A stretch of 64,000 nt of DNA. Origin: Longimicrobiales bacterium (lineage in GTDB: Bacteria > Gemmatimonadota > Gemmatimonadetes > Longimicrobiales > Gaopeijiaceae). This document shows, piece by piece, positions 29,448-40,275 of the stretch (positions are counted from its first letter, which is position 1; the number at the start of each line of letters is the position of its first letter). The translations under genes and the position numbers were made by a program. Where the stretch lies: positions 480,001-544,000 of the forward strand of contig CBDCKN010000013.1 of NCBI GenBank assembly GCA_965218295.1, read 5' to 3'. The notes below the pieces were generated by a model. That model searched no databases and had not been told where the DNA came from. It saw nothing but the letters and a program-made list of their open reading frames with translations.

Positions 29448-32252
29448 ATGCATCGTGCGAGATTGCTTGCTCCAGTGCTCTTGTTCGTCGCCGGGTGCGG
29501 CGACGGTGGAAGTCAGACGCCCACCAGCCCTCCCGTACCGCCCGCCAACCGGGCGCCTACGGTTACGGTGTCGGGTGCGATTTCGGACCAGGTCTTGGTA
29601 GAGAACACGGAGGTGACGGTAGACATTTCCGGGGCGTTTTCCGATCCCGATGGGGACGCCCTCAGATACGGGGCCGCCTCGGACGCCTCAAGCGTTGCCA
29701 GGACGAGCGTCTCCGGAAGCGATCTCAAGGTGATCGGCGAGGCTCCGGGGAGCGCGACCATCACGGTGACGGCGACCGATCCCGGCGGCCTCAGCGCCAC
29801 CCAGACCTTCGAGGTCACCGTCAACAGCGCCAACCGGGCGCCTACGGTTACGGTGTCGGGTGCGATTTCGGACCAGGTCTTGGTAGAGAACACGGAGGTG
29901 ACGGTAGACATTTCCGGGGCGTTTTCCGATCCCGATGGGGACGCCCTCAGATACGGGGCCGCCTCGGACGCCTCAAGCGTTGCCAGGACGAGCGTCTCCG
30001 GAAGCGATCTCAAGGTGATCGGCGAGGCTCCGGGGAGCGCGACCATCACGGTGACGGCGACCGATCCCGGCGGCCTCAGCGCCACCCAGACCTTCGAGGT
30101 CACCGTCAACAGCGCCAACCGGGCGCCTACGGTTACGGTGTCGGGTGCGATTTCGGACCAGGTCTTGGTAGAGAACACGGAGGTGACGGTAGACATTTCC
30201 GGGGCGTTTTCCGATCCCGATGGGGACGCCCTCAGATACGGGGCCGCCTCGGACGCCTCAAGCGTTGCCAGGACGAGCGTCTCCGGAAGCGATCTCAAGG
30301 TGATCGGCGAGGCTCCGGGGAGCGCGACCATCACGGTGACGGCGACCGATCCCGGCGGCCTCAGCGCCACCCAGACCTTCGAGGTCACCGTCAACAGCGC
30401 CAACCGGGCGCCTACGGTTACGGTGTCGGGTGCGATTTCGGACCAGGTCTTGGTAGAGAACACGGAGGTGACGGTAGACATTTCCGGGGCGTTTTCCGAT
30501 CCCGATGGGGACGCCCTCAGATACGGGGCCGCCTCGGACGCCTCAAGCGTTGCCAGGACGAGCGTCTCCGGAAGCGATCTCAAGGTGATCGGCGAGGCTC
30601 CGGGGAGCGCGACCATCACGGTGACGGCGACCGATCCCGGCGGCCTCAGCGCCACCCAGACCTTCGAGGTCACCGTCAACAGCGCCAACCGGGCGCCTAC
30701 GGTTACGGTGTCGGGTGCGATTTCGGACCAGGTCTTGGTAGAGAACACGGAGGTGACGGTAGACATTTCCGGGGCGTTTTCCGATCCCGATGGGGACGCC
30801 CTCAGATACGGGGCCGCCTCGGACGCCTCAAGCGTTGCCAGGACGAGCGTCTCCGGAAGCGATCTCAAGGTGATCGGCGAGGCTCCGGGGAGCGCGACCA
30901 TCACGGTGACGGCGACCGATCCCGGCGGCCTCAGCGCCACCCAGACCTTCGAGGTCACCGTCAACAGCGCCAACCGGGCGCCTACGGTTACGGTGTCGGG
31001 TGCGATTTCGGACCAGGTCTTGGTAGAGAACACGGAGGTGACGGTAGACATTTCCGGGGCGTTTTCCGATCCCGATGGGGACGCCCTCAGATACGGGGCC
31101 GCCTCGGACGCCTCAAGCGTTGCCAGGACGAGCGTCTCCGGAAGCGATCTCAAGGTGATCGGCGAGGCTCCGGGGAGCGCGACCATCACGGTGACGGCGA
31201 CCGATCCCGGCGGCCTCAGCGCCACCCAGACCTTCGAGGTCACCGTAGAAGCGGGCAGCGGTGGAGCGGACCTCGACGCCCTTTTTGCCCCGCCCACGGC
31301 GGATGAGATCACACAGGTAAAGGAGGAATGGGATACCCGAACGCCCGAAGTCAGCGGGGTTCGCCCTGAACCTGAACTGGACTCTGAGGTTCGTGCGGGA
31401 TTGGGATCCGTCAGGGTCCGGATCCTTTCTCACACCGTGGGTGGGCTCAGGCATTACGGGGCCGTGGTGACTCCGGTGGGAGCGGAACCCGGCTCGCTTC
31501 CCGTTATCCTCTACGCCCACGGCGGGGACGGCGGCGTGGAGATCGAGGATACGTTCTTGCTGCATCAGATCCTTCAGCGCGAGGATCTGAGTGCGGCCTT
31601 GGTAATACCGTCGTATCGGTCGGAGCCCCTCCGGCTCGGGGACCAGGTGTTCCTTTCCGAAGGTCCGCCTAGCCCCTGGGACCGGGACGTCGACGATACC
31701 ATCTCACTCCTTTCCGTCGCACTCGAGCAGGCGCCGGAGCTCGACGAGGAGAGGGTGGCCATCGTGGGGTTCAGCCGGGGGGGTGGTGTGGGTCTCCTGA
31801 CGGCTGCGCGCGATCTGAGGATCGACGCTGTTGTCGAGTTCTTCGGCCTGACGGACCTGTTCGATGAATATGCACGTGAGATCTTCGAGGAGGCCCTCGA
31901 CGGCGAGCTGCGGGATCTCCCCGGTCTCGATTACCTCAATGAGATCCTCATCTTGCCCTGGAAGCTGGGTGTTCTCTCCGATGCAGAGGCTCGGCTCGAG
32001 CTCGTCCGCCGTTCCGGAGTGTACTTCGTGGATCGGCTCCCGCCGGTCCAACTACACCACGGGACAGAGGACATGGTCGTGGCCGTCAGCCAGGCCTACC
32101 GGTTGATCGATGCGATGGATGCGGCGGGAAAGACAGATTTTGAGGAGTACATCTATGCTGGTGCTGGCCATGACATTATCGCCCTTATAAGGGAAGGGGC
32201 TCACACGCGCGCGATCGAGTTCCTTCGTCCCTTCCTCTTCGAGCTCCCGTAG
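29448..32252 (+). CDS. Lipoprotein with six Ig/cadherin-like repeats and a C-terminal alpha/beta hydrolase (S9-like)
   Basis: Lipobox VAGC; NRAP..FSDPDGD.L..TATDPGGL repeats; HGG, GFSRG, HGTED, GH. Confidence 0.9.
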   Translation: MHRARLLAPVLLFVAGCGDGGSQTPTSPPVPPANRAPTVTVSGAISDQVLVENTEVTVDISGAFSDPDGDALRYGAASDASSVARTSVSGSDLKVIGEAPGSATITVTATDPGGLSATQTFEVTVNSANRAPTVTVSGAISDQVLVENTEVTVDISGAFSDPDGDALRYGAASDASSVARTSVSGSDLKVIGEAPGSATITVTATDPGGLSATQTFEVTVNSANRAPTVTVSGAISDQVLVENTEVTVDISGAFSDPDGDALRYGAASDASSVARTSVSGSDLKVIGEAPGSATITVTATDPGGLSATQTFEVTVNSANRAPTVTVSGAISDQVLVENTEVTVDISGAFSDPDGDALRYGAASDASSVARTSVSGSDLKVIGEAPGSATITVTATDPGGLSATQTFEVTVNSANRAPTVTVSGAISDQVLVENTEVTVDISGAFSDPDGDALRYGAASDASSVARTSVSGSDLKVIGEAPGSATITVTATDPGGLSATQTFEVTVNSANRAPTVTVSGAISDQVLVENTEVTVDISGAFSDPDGDALRYGAASDASSVARTSVSGSDLKVIGEAPGSATITVTATDPGGLSATQTFEVTVEAGSGGADLDALFAPPTADEITQVKEEWDTRTPEVSGVRPEPELDSEVRAGLGSVRVRILSHTVGGLRHYGAVVTPVGAEPGSLPVILYAHGGDGGVEIEDTFLLHQILQREDLSAALVIPSYRSEPLRLGDQVFLSEGPPSPWDRDVDDTISLLSVALEQAPELDEERVAIVGFSRGGGVGLLTAARDLRIDAVVEFFGLTDLFDEYAREIFEEALDGELRDLPGLDYLNEILILPWKLGVLSDAEARLELVRRSGVYFVDRLPPVQLHHGTEDMVVAVSQAYRLIDAMDAAGKTDFEEYIYAGAGHDIIALIREGAHTRAIEFLRPFLFELP
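29543..31246 (+). repeat. Six identical-looking 285-bp tandem repeats
   Basis: Units start at 29543, 29828, 30113, 30398, 30683 and 30968. Confidence 0.95.
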
Positions 32253-32289
32253 GGCCGCATGGATGAGACCAGCAGCGGGTGGAGCCAAG

Positions 32290-32590
32290 CGCCACTGCTG
32301 CAGACGGGCTAGTGGTATCCTCACCCTGGCGCCAAGGTGCTGGCCGAGTCCACGACCCCGGACCAGCGAACCTGAGAGCAGCGCGCCAGGAACATCAGGT
32401 TGCCGCGCGAATCCGCCTGGCAGGAGACCGCAATGAGAAGTTCGGAGGAATTTCGGACCCGGCCGGACAACCTTTGCAGCTCGGAGCGTCGCCAATGCCC
32501 TCGATGAACGCGGTCGCCCGCGCCACGGTGGAAGGCGGATTGAACATGCCCCGATGCGTCACCGCCCGCATAAGTTCCGTAACGTCCAAA
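32290..32590 (-). pseudogene. Degraded VapC/PIN toxin fragment
   Basis: VTELMRAVTHRGMFNPPSTV and QADSRGNLMF match 44977-45402. Confidence 0.8.
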
Positions 32591-32738
32591 TCCTTGGCGC
32601 GGCGCACGGGCAGCAGCTGCGGGAGTCCGCGCTGGCGGCGACGTATGTCCCGGCCCCATTTCGGAGAATCAAATACTTATGAACCCCGAAAATCATGAGA
32701 AAGCCAACCTGCGACAGAACCCCCGAGAAAGCCACGAC

Positions 32739-33435
32739 ATGACGACGAGCTCGACCGCCAGGGCAGAGCGAACCGAAGAACTCAATCCGTATGCGATTGT
32801 GCAGCGTCAGTGCGACAATGCGGCCCGATACCTGCCCGAGTTCGATCCCGGACTCTTCGAGTTCCTGAAACGGCCCGACAAGCTAACGATCGTGGAGTTT
32901 CTGATCTCCACTGACTTCTGGAGAGGTCATAAACTTCGTAGGGTACAGGTGTGGCGAGCCCGTGCATATGGCGGCATCTCGATGCTGACGCCCGAACAGG
33001 TCCATTTCGGTTTCGCCGATCAGGTCATCGCCCGCAGGAAGGCCGTGCTCCGCGAGGCAGTGGGCCGCTCATCCCGACCGCTTCGTCTCCGGTGAGCCGA
33101 AGCCTAAACCACTCCCGGAGGCCGTCTGGATCAATCCTCCAAGCCCCACCCTCACTACAACAGGAGATTGCTCTCTAATTGATTCCCCCAAGTGTCTCAT
33201 CGGGGTTGACAGGCTCCGGAACGGCAAGCTCAAGCGGATCATGACCCGGGCTTTCGACCACGTCATCGAAAAGCAGACCGAGATCAATGCCTCCTTGGTG
33301 GAATTGGAGACTGAGCGGCAGCGCCTGGGTCGTGGAGACGATCCATTGGACCCGGTCGATCTACGGACTGCAGCGTTCGTTGTGGCTGTCAAGAGGGTGG
33401 CGCGGGTGGTGCTCGATCGAGGGGTCTGGCCGTAG
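32739..33435 (+). pseudogene. Glu/Leu/Phe/Val dehydrogenase remnant; middle replaced by an IS fragment
   Basis: N-terminal NPY..Q.DNAA..LKRP; C-terminal IMTRAF..DLRTAAFVVAVKRVA..RGVWP. Confidence 0.75.
32968..33218 (+). mobile_element. Right-end fragment of a diverged relative of the IS3 element
   Basis: GGISMLTPEQVHFG; end GTGTCTCATCGGGGTTGACA followed by GGCTCCG. Confidence 0.85.
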
Positions 33436-33864
33436 ACGATAGTCCGGAAGCACCAGGCTTTCCAGGTCACCGCTTCGACGCTCCTGAAGGCGGTGAGCGG
33501 CGAGTGAGTCAGGAAGTCGTCCCAGTAGGGGGTCGTCCTGCGGCCCTCCGGGACCGCCGTCCCTGGGCTATATGGCCTCGACTATGGCCCGGTTACGCTC
33601 CCACAAGGCTGCTACGGGTCCCGTGTGAGACGCTCCCGTAATGGCACTAATCATAAGCAATCGAGGACCGTCAACCGCTTGCTGTCGGTCATGGACATCG
33701 AACCGCTTGCGGCACGTCACCCGCAACATCGTGGAGCGGATCTCGGTCCAGATCAGAATCGCCGATGAGCTCGTGGGCCGCTTCACTCGGGCGAGAACTC
33801 TCAGAGATCCGGAGGGGGAGCCAGGATGTCGTCCCCGGTCGCGACAGTCCTTGCCCCGTATTCA

Positions 33865-34488
33865 TCAGAAGCTGAACATCCCCGCGTCTGACTCTGTGAA
33901 TTGAGCTCCACATGCCTGCCCGGTGAGGGTCGAAGTGAACCCGGATGGGCCGATCTCCGCCTCTATGTCCAGATCTATCCGGCAGGATCCGCTCCGACCG
34001 TCGTCCGTGGCCCAGCGAACCGTACCATCCACCTCGCCGCTCAAGGCGAACCCAAGGTCGCCCATGATGGACAGTGCGAGACTTATGGCCAGGTTGGGCG
34101 CGCCGTTCAGGGTGAGCGCGAGCCCGGTATCCTCGGGCGTGACCACGCAGTCCGAGTGTATCATGGTCATCGACAGGGACACGGAAACGTCTTCGTCGCT
34201 GTCTGGATCTCCCATGAACTCGGCCTGTAGGTTGCTCACAGTCACCGTTCCACCCATCAAGCAGGGCGCAGTGAACTCTTCCTGGATGAGGCTCCCGGGG
34301 TCTAGGATCTCGCCCTCAAGAGCCGAGTTCTCGGCGATGACTTCAAATCCCGGCCTCGTCGCCGCCTTCACGAGCGCGAGCGCCTCCTCCCGGGTCAGTG
34401 AGTCTTCGTCGGGCCCCGTCGAGTCGTCACCGCATGCGACCAGGCCGATAGCAGAGCCCAGAACCAACCCCACCAAAACAAGCCGCAT
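33865..34488 (-). CDS. Hypothetical lipoprotein
   Basis: RBS GAGGAGG; lipobox LVAC; four further Cys residues. Confidence 0.8.
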   Translation of the reverse strand: MRLVLVGLVLGSAIGLVACGDDSTGPDEDSLTREEALALVKAATRPGFEVIAENSALEGEILDPGSLIQEEFTAPCLMGGTVTVSNLQAEFMGDPDSDEDVSVSLSMTMIHSDCVVTPEDTGLALTLNGAPNLAISLALSIMGDLGFALSGEVDGTVRWATDDGRSGSCRIDLDIEAEIGPSGFTSTLTGQACGAQFTESDAGMFSF

Positions 34489-35034
34489 GAAATGCCTCCT
34501 CTGGTCATATGCCCTTATGACCTTATAGGCAGCGTGCATATCGTCCCTATCGTTCATACCGTTTCCAGTCAATCCGTATGTGCTTACGAGTCTTTTACTT
34601 AGGTGATCGGCCCGAGCTGTCGTCACGCGACGGGGCATCGGTTCGGGCAACGCTCTCGCGCGGCCGGGCTAATCATAACGACGTGACCCCTTATGATACC
34701 AATATTAGGGTCATGATGTTTAAGGTCATTATGACCCTAACATCCGGACGCACCTGATCCGCGCCGCGCCAGAGCTGGCCCAGGAACGCGTCGAAACCGC
34801 GACGCGCGTCCTCGAAGAACACGAAGGTCGCATGAGTCGTCCTGTTCCGTGTCGTGTGCACAGGAGCTCCGGGACTTGATCGGCCAACAGTACATCGACA
34901 CCCTTAAGGACTTGAATTCGCCGCCAACTAATTGCGATCTGGACAAATGGCTCGTGTTGTTGAGGGCCTGAGAGAAGGGACGGACTGCAACACTTTCGTT
35001 TTTCAGCACAACCTTGTCAGGGGACTAAAACATC

Positions 35035-35967
35035 ATGATACGAAGCCGCTGTCTGTATTCTCTCATCGTGACTTGTACCGTGCTCTTTCCCATGGCCACG
35101 CCCGCTCTGGCACAAGGCGAGCTACGGTTCTATGTGGGCGCAGAACTAGGAACTCTCTTATCGTCTGCGGTGACCATGACGGGTGACAGCAATGATCGCG
35201 CCAGCATCTGCGATGAGTTCATCAACCCGCTATATGCGTCCGTACCTGGCTGCACTCACGCGGCACGTGGCGTGGGAGACAATTGGAGTGTGCCGTTCGA
35301 TGGAGCCGGTGGCGTTGCGATGAGCGCTGTGATGGGATACCGGCTGCACGGCATGGTGCGGGCAGAGGTAGAGTACGTGATGAGGAGCTCCAACTACTCC
35401 CAGCGGTCCGGGGTACTCGCCGCCCAGGGGGTCAATGCCGACAAGCTGAGCGACGAACTGTTCTTGGCGCAGGAGTGGTTGGGTCTCGTCGAATCGAAGA
35501 GCCTGATGGGCAACGTGTACCTGGACTTGCCTGGCGTGGCCGTGGGCTTCACGCCGTTCGTGGGGTTGGGTATGGGGATTGGGAGAACGAATGCAGACTA
35601 CGCGAGCGTGTGGTCCAGAAACACGGATCCGGTGGCCATAGACACGGGTCGAGACCAGCCCAACGCCGACCAAATCGCGCGCAATCTAGCCGGCACGTCC
35701 AGCTCGGCGCAGGCCACCATGGGGGATACACAGACCAGTTACCAAATTCTCGCTGGATTCGATTACCCGGTGTCGGAAACGGTGTCGGTAGGACTCAGGG
35801 CTCGCTGGATGAGCTCGGGTAAATTTGCAGGTACCGTGGTCTGGGATCCGTTGCGCAGCCATGTGCCGAATTTGCGGCGCGATGGCAGTGAGCCCGTGGA
35901 CGGTACGATGTCGACCGACGATTTTTCCTTTGTGGGAGTCAGTCTTGGAATGAAGCATCATTTCTAG
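35035..35967 (+). CDS. Outer-membrane beta-barrel protein (Opa/OmpA-barrel-like)
   Basis: Signal peptide ALA-Q; RAEVEY, MGNVYLD, PFVGLGMG, YQILAG; terminal Phe. Confidence 0.82.
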   Translation: MIRSRCLYSLIVTCTVLFPMATPALAQGELRFYVGAELGTLLSSAVTMTGDSNDRASICDEFINPLYASVPGCTHAARGVGDNWSVPFDGAGGVAMSAVMGYRLHGMVRAEVEYVMRSSNYSQRSGVLAAQGVNADKLSDELFLAQEWLGLVESKSLMGNVYLDLPGVAVGFTPFVGLGMGIGRTNADYASVWSRNTDPVAIDTGRDQPNADQIARNLAGTSSSAQATMGDTQTSYQILAGFDYPVSETVSVGLRARWMSSGKFAGTVVWDPLRSHVPNLRRDGSEPVDGTMSTDDFSFVGVSLGMKHHF

Positions 35968-36121
35968 CTACAGCCAGACCTGACCCGCGGGAAAGGCCCG
36001 AAAGCTCCGGTGCGTCTCCAGGGTTCGGCACATACATTGGCCCCGAGGTCTTAGAAGACACCACCACCTTAGGGCTTTTCCGATCGTTTCGTAGCGGTCG
36101 GCAAGTGCCAAGGAAAGACAC

Positions 36122-37423
36122 ATGAGTCTGCCGGACACACCCAGCGCCCCACCGAATGCCCAGGTACCGAAGCGTAAGAAAAGCCGTCTGACCCTGTATA
36201 TCGGCATTGCCATCGTGGCCGCTGTCGGGCTCGCGGTTACGGCTCCGCAGGTCGCCGTCCAATTTGAACTGGGCGGCGAGATCTTCCTGCGCCTGCTTCT
36301 GATGATGGTCGTTCCGTTGGTCGTCGCGAGCGTGATGAGCGGCATCATCGGTCTCGGGGACATCCGCAAACTGGGGCGGCCGGGCGGGTTTGCGATCGCC
36401 TACTACCTGACCACGACGGTGATGGCGGTCATCGTGGGTCTGATCATGGTCAACGTCATCCAACCGGGCATCGGCGCGATCGATGCGGATACGCTGGAGA
36501 CCATGGCGGCGCAAGGCCAGGAGATCACGGCAGGTCGCGAGGACGAGGGCTTGGGCTCGATCCTAAGCAACCTGGCGCTGATGCTGTTTACCGACAATCT
36601 GTTTCTCGCAGCCGCCGAGAGTAGCCTGCTGCCGCTCATTTTCTTCTCCATCATCTTTGCCGGCATGCTGACGACAATGGGCAGCAAGGTGCATGCGCTC
36701 ACGGAGATGATTCTCCAGATCAACAACGCAATGCTGTCCTTCGTCCTGCTGCTGATGAAGGTTGCGCCACTAGGGATTTTCTGTCTCGTCACGGCGCGAT
36801 TCGGACAAGCCCAACTGGAGGGCGTTCTCCTCGATGTCGTGGGCCAGACCGGGGCCTACTTTGTGACCGTCCTGGCTGGCCTGGGGACCCATGTGCTCCT
36901 AACCCTCCCACTTATCTACTGGATGTTCACCCGCAGGAATCCCTTCCGGTTCATGTACCGGATGTCCGAGGCGCTACTCACGGCGTTCTCGACGGCCAGC
37001 TCGAGCGCAACACTTCCGATCACGATGGAGTGCGCGGTCAAGAACGCAGATGTGTCCAAGCAGTCGGCGGATTTCGTGTTGCCACTCGGCGCTACGATCA
37101 ACATGGACGGGACCGCCCTGTACGAGGCGGCCGCGGCGATCTTCATCGCGCAGGCTCTCGGTTTCGATCTGTCGCTCGCAGACCAGCTGGTGATAGCGGT
37201 GACGGCGACAATGGCGGCGATCGGAGCGGCAGGGATTCCGGAAGCCGGCCTGGTCACCATGGTGATCGTCCTCAATGCGGTCGGTTTGCCCGTGGAATAC
37301 ATCGGCTTGATTCTGTCTGTCGACTGGCTCCTGGACCGCTTCAGGACCGCGGTGAACGTCTGTGGCGATTCTATCGGTGCCGCCGTGGTCGAGAAGAGTT
37401 TCACTGCCAGCGCTGCTACGTAG
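36122..37423 (+). CDS. Dicarboxylate/amino acid:cation symporter (DAACS)
   Basis: AFSTASSSATLP, LGATINMDGT, IGAAGIP, DRFRTAVNV. Confidence 0.95.
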   Translation: MSLPDTPSAPPNAQVPKRKKSRLTLYIGIAIVAAVGLAVTAPQVAVQFELGGEIFLRLLLMMVVPLVVASVMSGIIGLGDIRKLGRPGGFAIAYYLTTTVMAVIVGLIMVNVIQPGIGAIDADTLETMAAQGQEITAGREDEGLGSILSNLALMLFTDNLFLAAAESSLLPLIFFSIIFAGMLTTMGSKVHALTEMILQINNAMLSFVLLLMKVAPLGIFCLVTARFGQAQLEGVLLDVVGQTGAYFVTVLAGLGTHVLLTLPLIYWMFTRRNPFRFMYRMSEALLTAFSTASSSATLPITMECAVKNADVSKQSADFVLPLGATINMDGTALYEAAAAIFIAQALGFDLSLADQLVIAVTATMAAIGAAGIPEAGLVTMVIVLNAVGLPVEYIGLILSVDWLLDRFRTAVNVCGDSIGAAVVEKSFTASAAT

Positions 37424-37590
37424 ACCGGTGCTTCGAGACCGCTGGCGCATGCCTGGGCCTACACCTAGGGAATTAGACGGACGAGCCGCTGGCGCGACCC
37501 CCGAAAACTGACCCGATTCTCGGCGTTTGCGGGAAGCTTCCAGGTGCCGAGGATCCCGAATCCAGCGGCGAATCCGATCCCGCCGCCAGA

Positions 37591-37866
37591 TCAATCGAAG
37601 AAATCGGTATGGGTTCCAGTCCGAACCAGGATGAGAGCATCGCCCCCCTGGTCCCAGACCAACAGCCAGTCCGGTTCGATGTGACATTCCCAGCAGGGAG
37701 ACCAGTCCCCGGTCAACCGATGCTTCCGATGTCGTGGGTCGAGAGGCTGATTCGACAGAAGTCGCTCCACGACACTCCAGAGCTTGTCGAGATCCTTGCC
37801 GCGCTTTCTGCCACGCTTGAGATCCTTCTCGAATCGCTTCGTGGTAAGCAGGCGCATTGGGATCAA
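37591..37866 (-). CDS. yafQ: YafQ-family toxin
   Basis: FEKDLKR, HRLTGDW, ECHIEPDWLL, RTGTH. Confidence 0.92.
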   Translation of the reverse strand: MIPMRLLTTKRFEKDLKRGRKRGKDLDKLWSVVERLLSNQPLDPRHRKHRLTGDWSPCWECHIEPDWLLVWDQGGDALILVRTGTHTDFFD

Positions 37867-38120
37867 CCGTGCCGGGCTTTGAGATCCTCCAGGCTGGTGT
37901 ATTCGGTGAGTCCCTCTCCGGTGTGGGCCTGCCGCAACGCTGCGATGGTCTCGGCATTGGGAATCTTCACAGCGAACGGCAAGCCGTGATGCAGCGTTAC
38001 CTGGCGATAGAACAGCGTGATCGCTGCGGTTGGCGACAAACCGAGCCCCGAGAAGACCTCTTCGGCCTGGCTCTTCAACTCCGGTTCAACGCGGGCCCGG
38101 ATCATTTCGGTCTTGGCCAT
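37863..38120 (-). CDS. dinJ: RelB/DinJ antitoxin
   Basis: IRARVEPELK..LGLS..LPF..PNAETIAA; operator-like palindrome TGTACCCC-AAAC-GGGGAACA near 38153-38172. Confidence 0.92.
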   Translation of the reverse strand: MAKTEMIRARVEPELKSQAEEVFSGLGLSPTAAITLFYRQVTLHHGLPFAVKIPNAETIAALRQAHTGEGLTEYTSLEDLKARHG

Positions 38121-38204
38121 TTTGGGCACCTCCCCGTCTTGTTTGCTAATAATGTACCCCAAACGGGGAACATATCAATAAAGTGACCTTTTCTCTCCAC
38201 GACA

Positions 38205-40275
38205 TCCCCGTCTTGTCCGCACGGCGGGTCCGTGATATACCTACAGGTGTACACACCTTCGCGTGTACAGACCGACCCCACGAGGACGCATGAAGACCGT
38301 AGCGATCATCAGCCAGAAAGGCGGTTCAGGGAAAAGTACCCTGGCCCTTCATCTGGCCGTTGCATCGAGCCGAGAACGCGACACGGCCGTGATAGACCTC
38401 GATCCGCAAGCATCAGCCGCAAGTTGGGCCGATCGCCGTGAGGCCGGCACTCCCCCCGTTCTCTCCGCTCATTCAAGTCGCCTGCTCTTCGTCATGAAGG
38501 AAGTTGAGCAAGCGGAGGGCCCTCAAGGATCGCTGGTGATCCTCGATACGGCCCCCCACGCTGATCGCGTAGCGCTCGACGCTGCCAAGGCGGCCGACCT
38601 GGTCCTTATTCCAGCCCGTACGACCATTTTCGACATCGAGCCTTGTCTTAGGACGTGTGAACTGATCGCCACGACGAAGACGCCGCAATTCGTTGTTCTG
38701 AACGGTGTGGCGGCCGTGGGCAGTGAAGCAGACGACGCGGCCAGAACGATCGAAGCCCAGGGCTTTGCCGTAGCGCCCGTGCGCCTGGTGAGCCGCGTGG
38801 CGTACGCCCGCTCACTCATGGTCGGTCAAGTCGCCCAGGAGTTTCGCCCGAACGACAAGGCCGCGAAGGAGACCGCTGCCCTGCACACCTTCATGTGTAC
38901 ACACCTGTACGCTTCTCGCAAGGAGACACGAACCGATGGCCGGAAAGCCAAGCTTCGAAGAGGCGCTTAGCAAGAGGAAGCCCGCTAATGAAGAGCCGAA
39001 AGGGCCCAAGCGGAGCAGGGGAGGGACCTCGACGCTCAAACCCTCCCGGACGGGCACCAAGCACATCGGCGGCCATTTCCCACCCGAGGTCGCGAAACAG
39101 CTACGCCAACTCGCCGTAGACGAAGACACGTCCCATCAGAAGCTCTTGGGCGAAGCGCTTGATTTACTCTTTCAGAGCCGACGTCTCCCCACGATCGCCA
39201 GCAAATAATCGTGTACCGGTGTGTACACCTCTCTGTCTAGGAGGCCACTGTGAACGAGCCGGATAAACCGAAGCTGACGGACTACCTGACCGAGGCCTTG
39301 GCCAAGAGCCTGACCGAGGAGGGGTGTCAGAGCCTCCTCGAGGAGCGCGAACTCGTGGAGGCAGAGGCGCAGCGGGAGCGGCTGGAGGCCCTCCGGATCC
39401 AGATGCGGCCTCTGGACACTCCGGAGGTTGGGGAGGAAGCCCAGACGCCTCCTGAGGTACGCCCCGAATCACGGCCCGACCCGATTCTCCCGGTCGCGGT
39501 ATCCGTCCGGGAGCATCCAGCTCGGGAGGCCGGCCGGCTCGCCTTCGGGGGAATCGTCGACCTTGACCAAGACCTGCCGGCGGACGGGCAACTGCCCTTA
39601 CTCCCGGCCCCGGAAGGTCCTCGCGTCCCCCTGCTCGAGCTCGTGGACCGCTACGGCGTCCCCACCATGGCCCAGGGCCGAGGCGCGCCCCTGGAACTGG
39701 CCGTCTACATCGGCGCGTGTATCCTGACGCCCCACCGTGTCCGGGTGAGCCGCGGGAGGCTCGTTACGACCGTCCGCGAGCTCCGTGACTTCCTGTTCGG
39801 GCCAATCTGGCATCCCAGCCCGACCGGTAACCGGCCCGGCGATTGGGAGCGGGTCCGGGCCACGGCGCTGAACGCCAGCGACCTCTGGCGGGCCGTCGCC
39901 GTGAGGAAGATCCCCCCGGCGGCCGGGCGTTACCCGCCGACGCCACCCCCGCAACCGGAGCGTCCACCTGTGGAGCTCCGACCCCGCGCACTACCCCGTT
40001 CTGACGGCGGAGGCCCGGCGACGGCTGGCGTTCGGGTCCGGAGACAAGAAGAACCGGACGCGGGCCAACCAGGACGCCGCATGGGAGGACCTGGCTGGGG
40101 TCGAGATCCTGACCCGAACGGCCACCACCCAGGATAGTCGGCGCGGCTGGCTGATCGTCCCCGAGGCGGCGGCGGCCATCCGAGGACCTGCGCAACCGGA
40201 GAATGACGTTCGCGTAAGTCGTTACGGCACAACAACTGGATCCCATCTCCATCCCGACCCCGACAGGGGGAGGGA
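38205..40275 (+). repeat. Copy B of the parA/RHH/candidate-rep duplication (parA 38290-38970, RHH 38936-39208, pseudogene from 39250)
   Basis: Translations identical to 24784-26854. Confidence 0.95.

Noticed and set aside
29357..31312. 649-aa alternative-frame and 599-aa antisense ORFs
   Set aside because: They stay open only because one stop-free 285-bp unit is repeated; they are shadows of the Ig-repeat gene.
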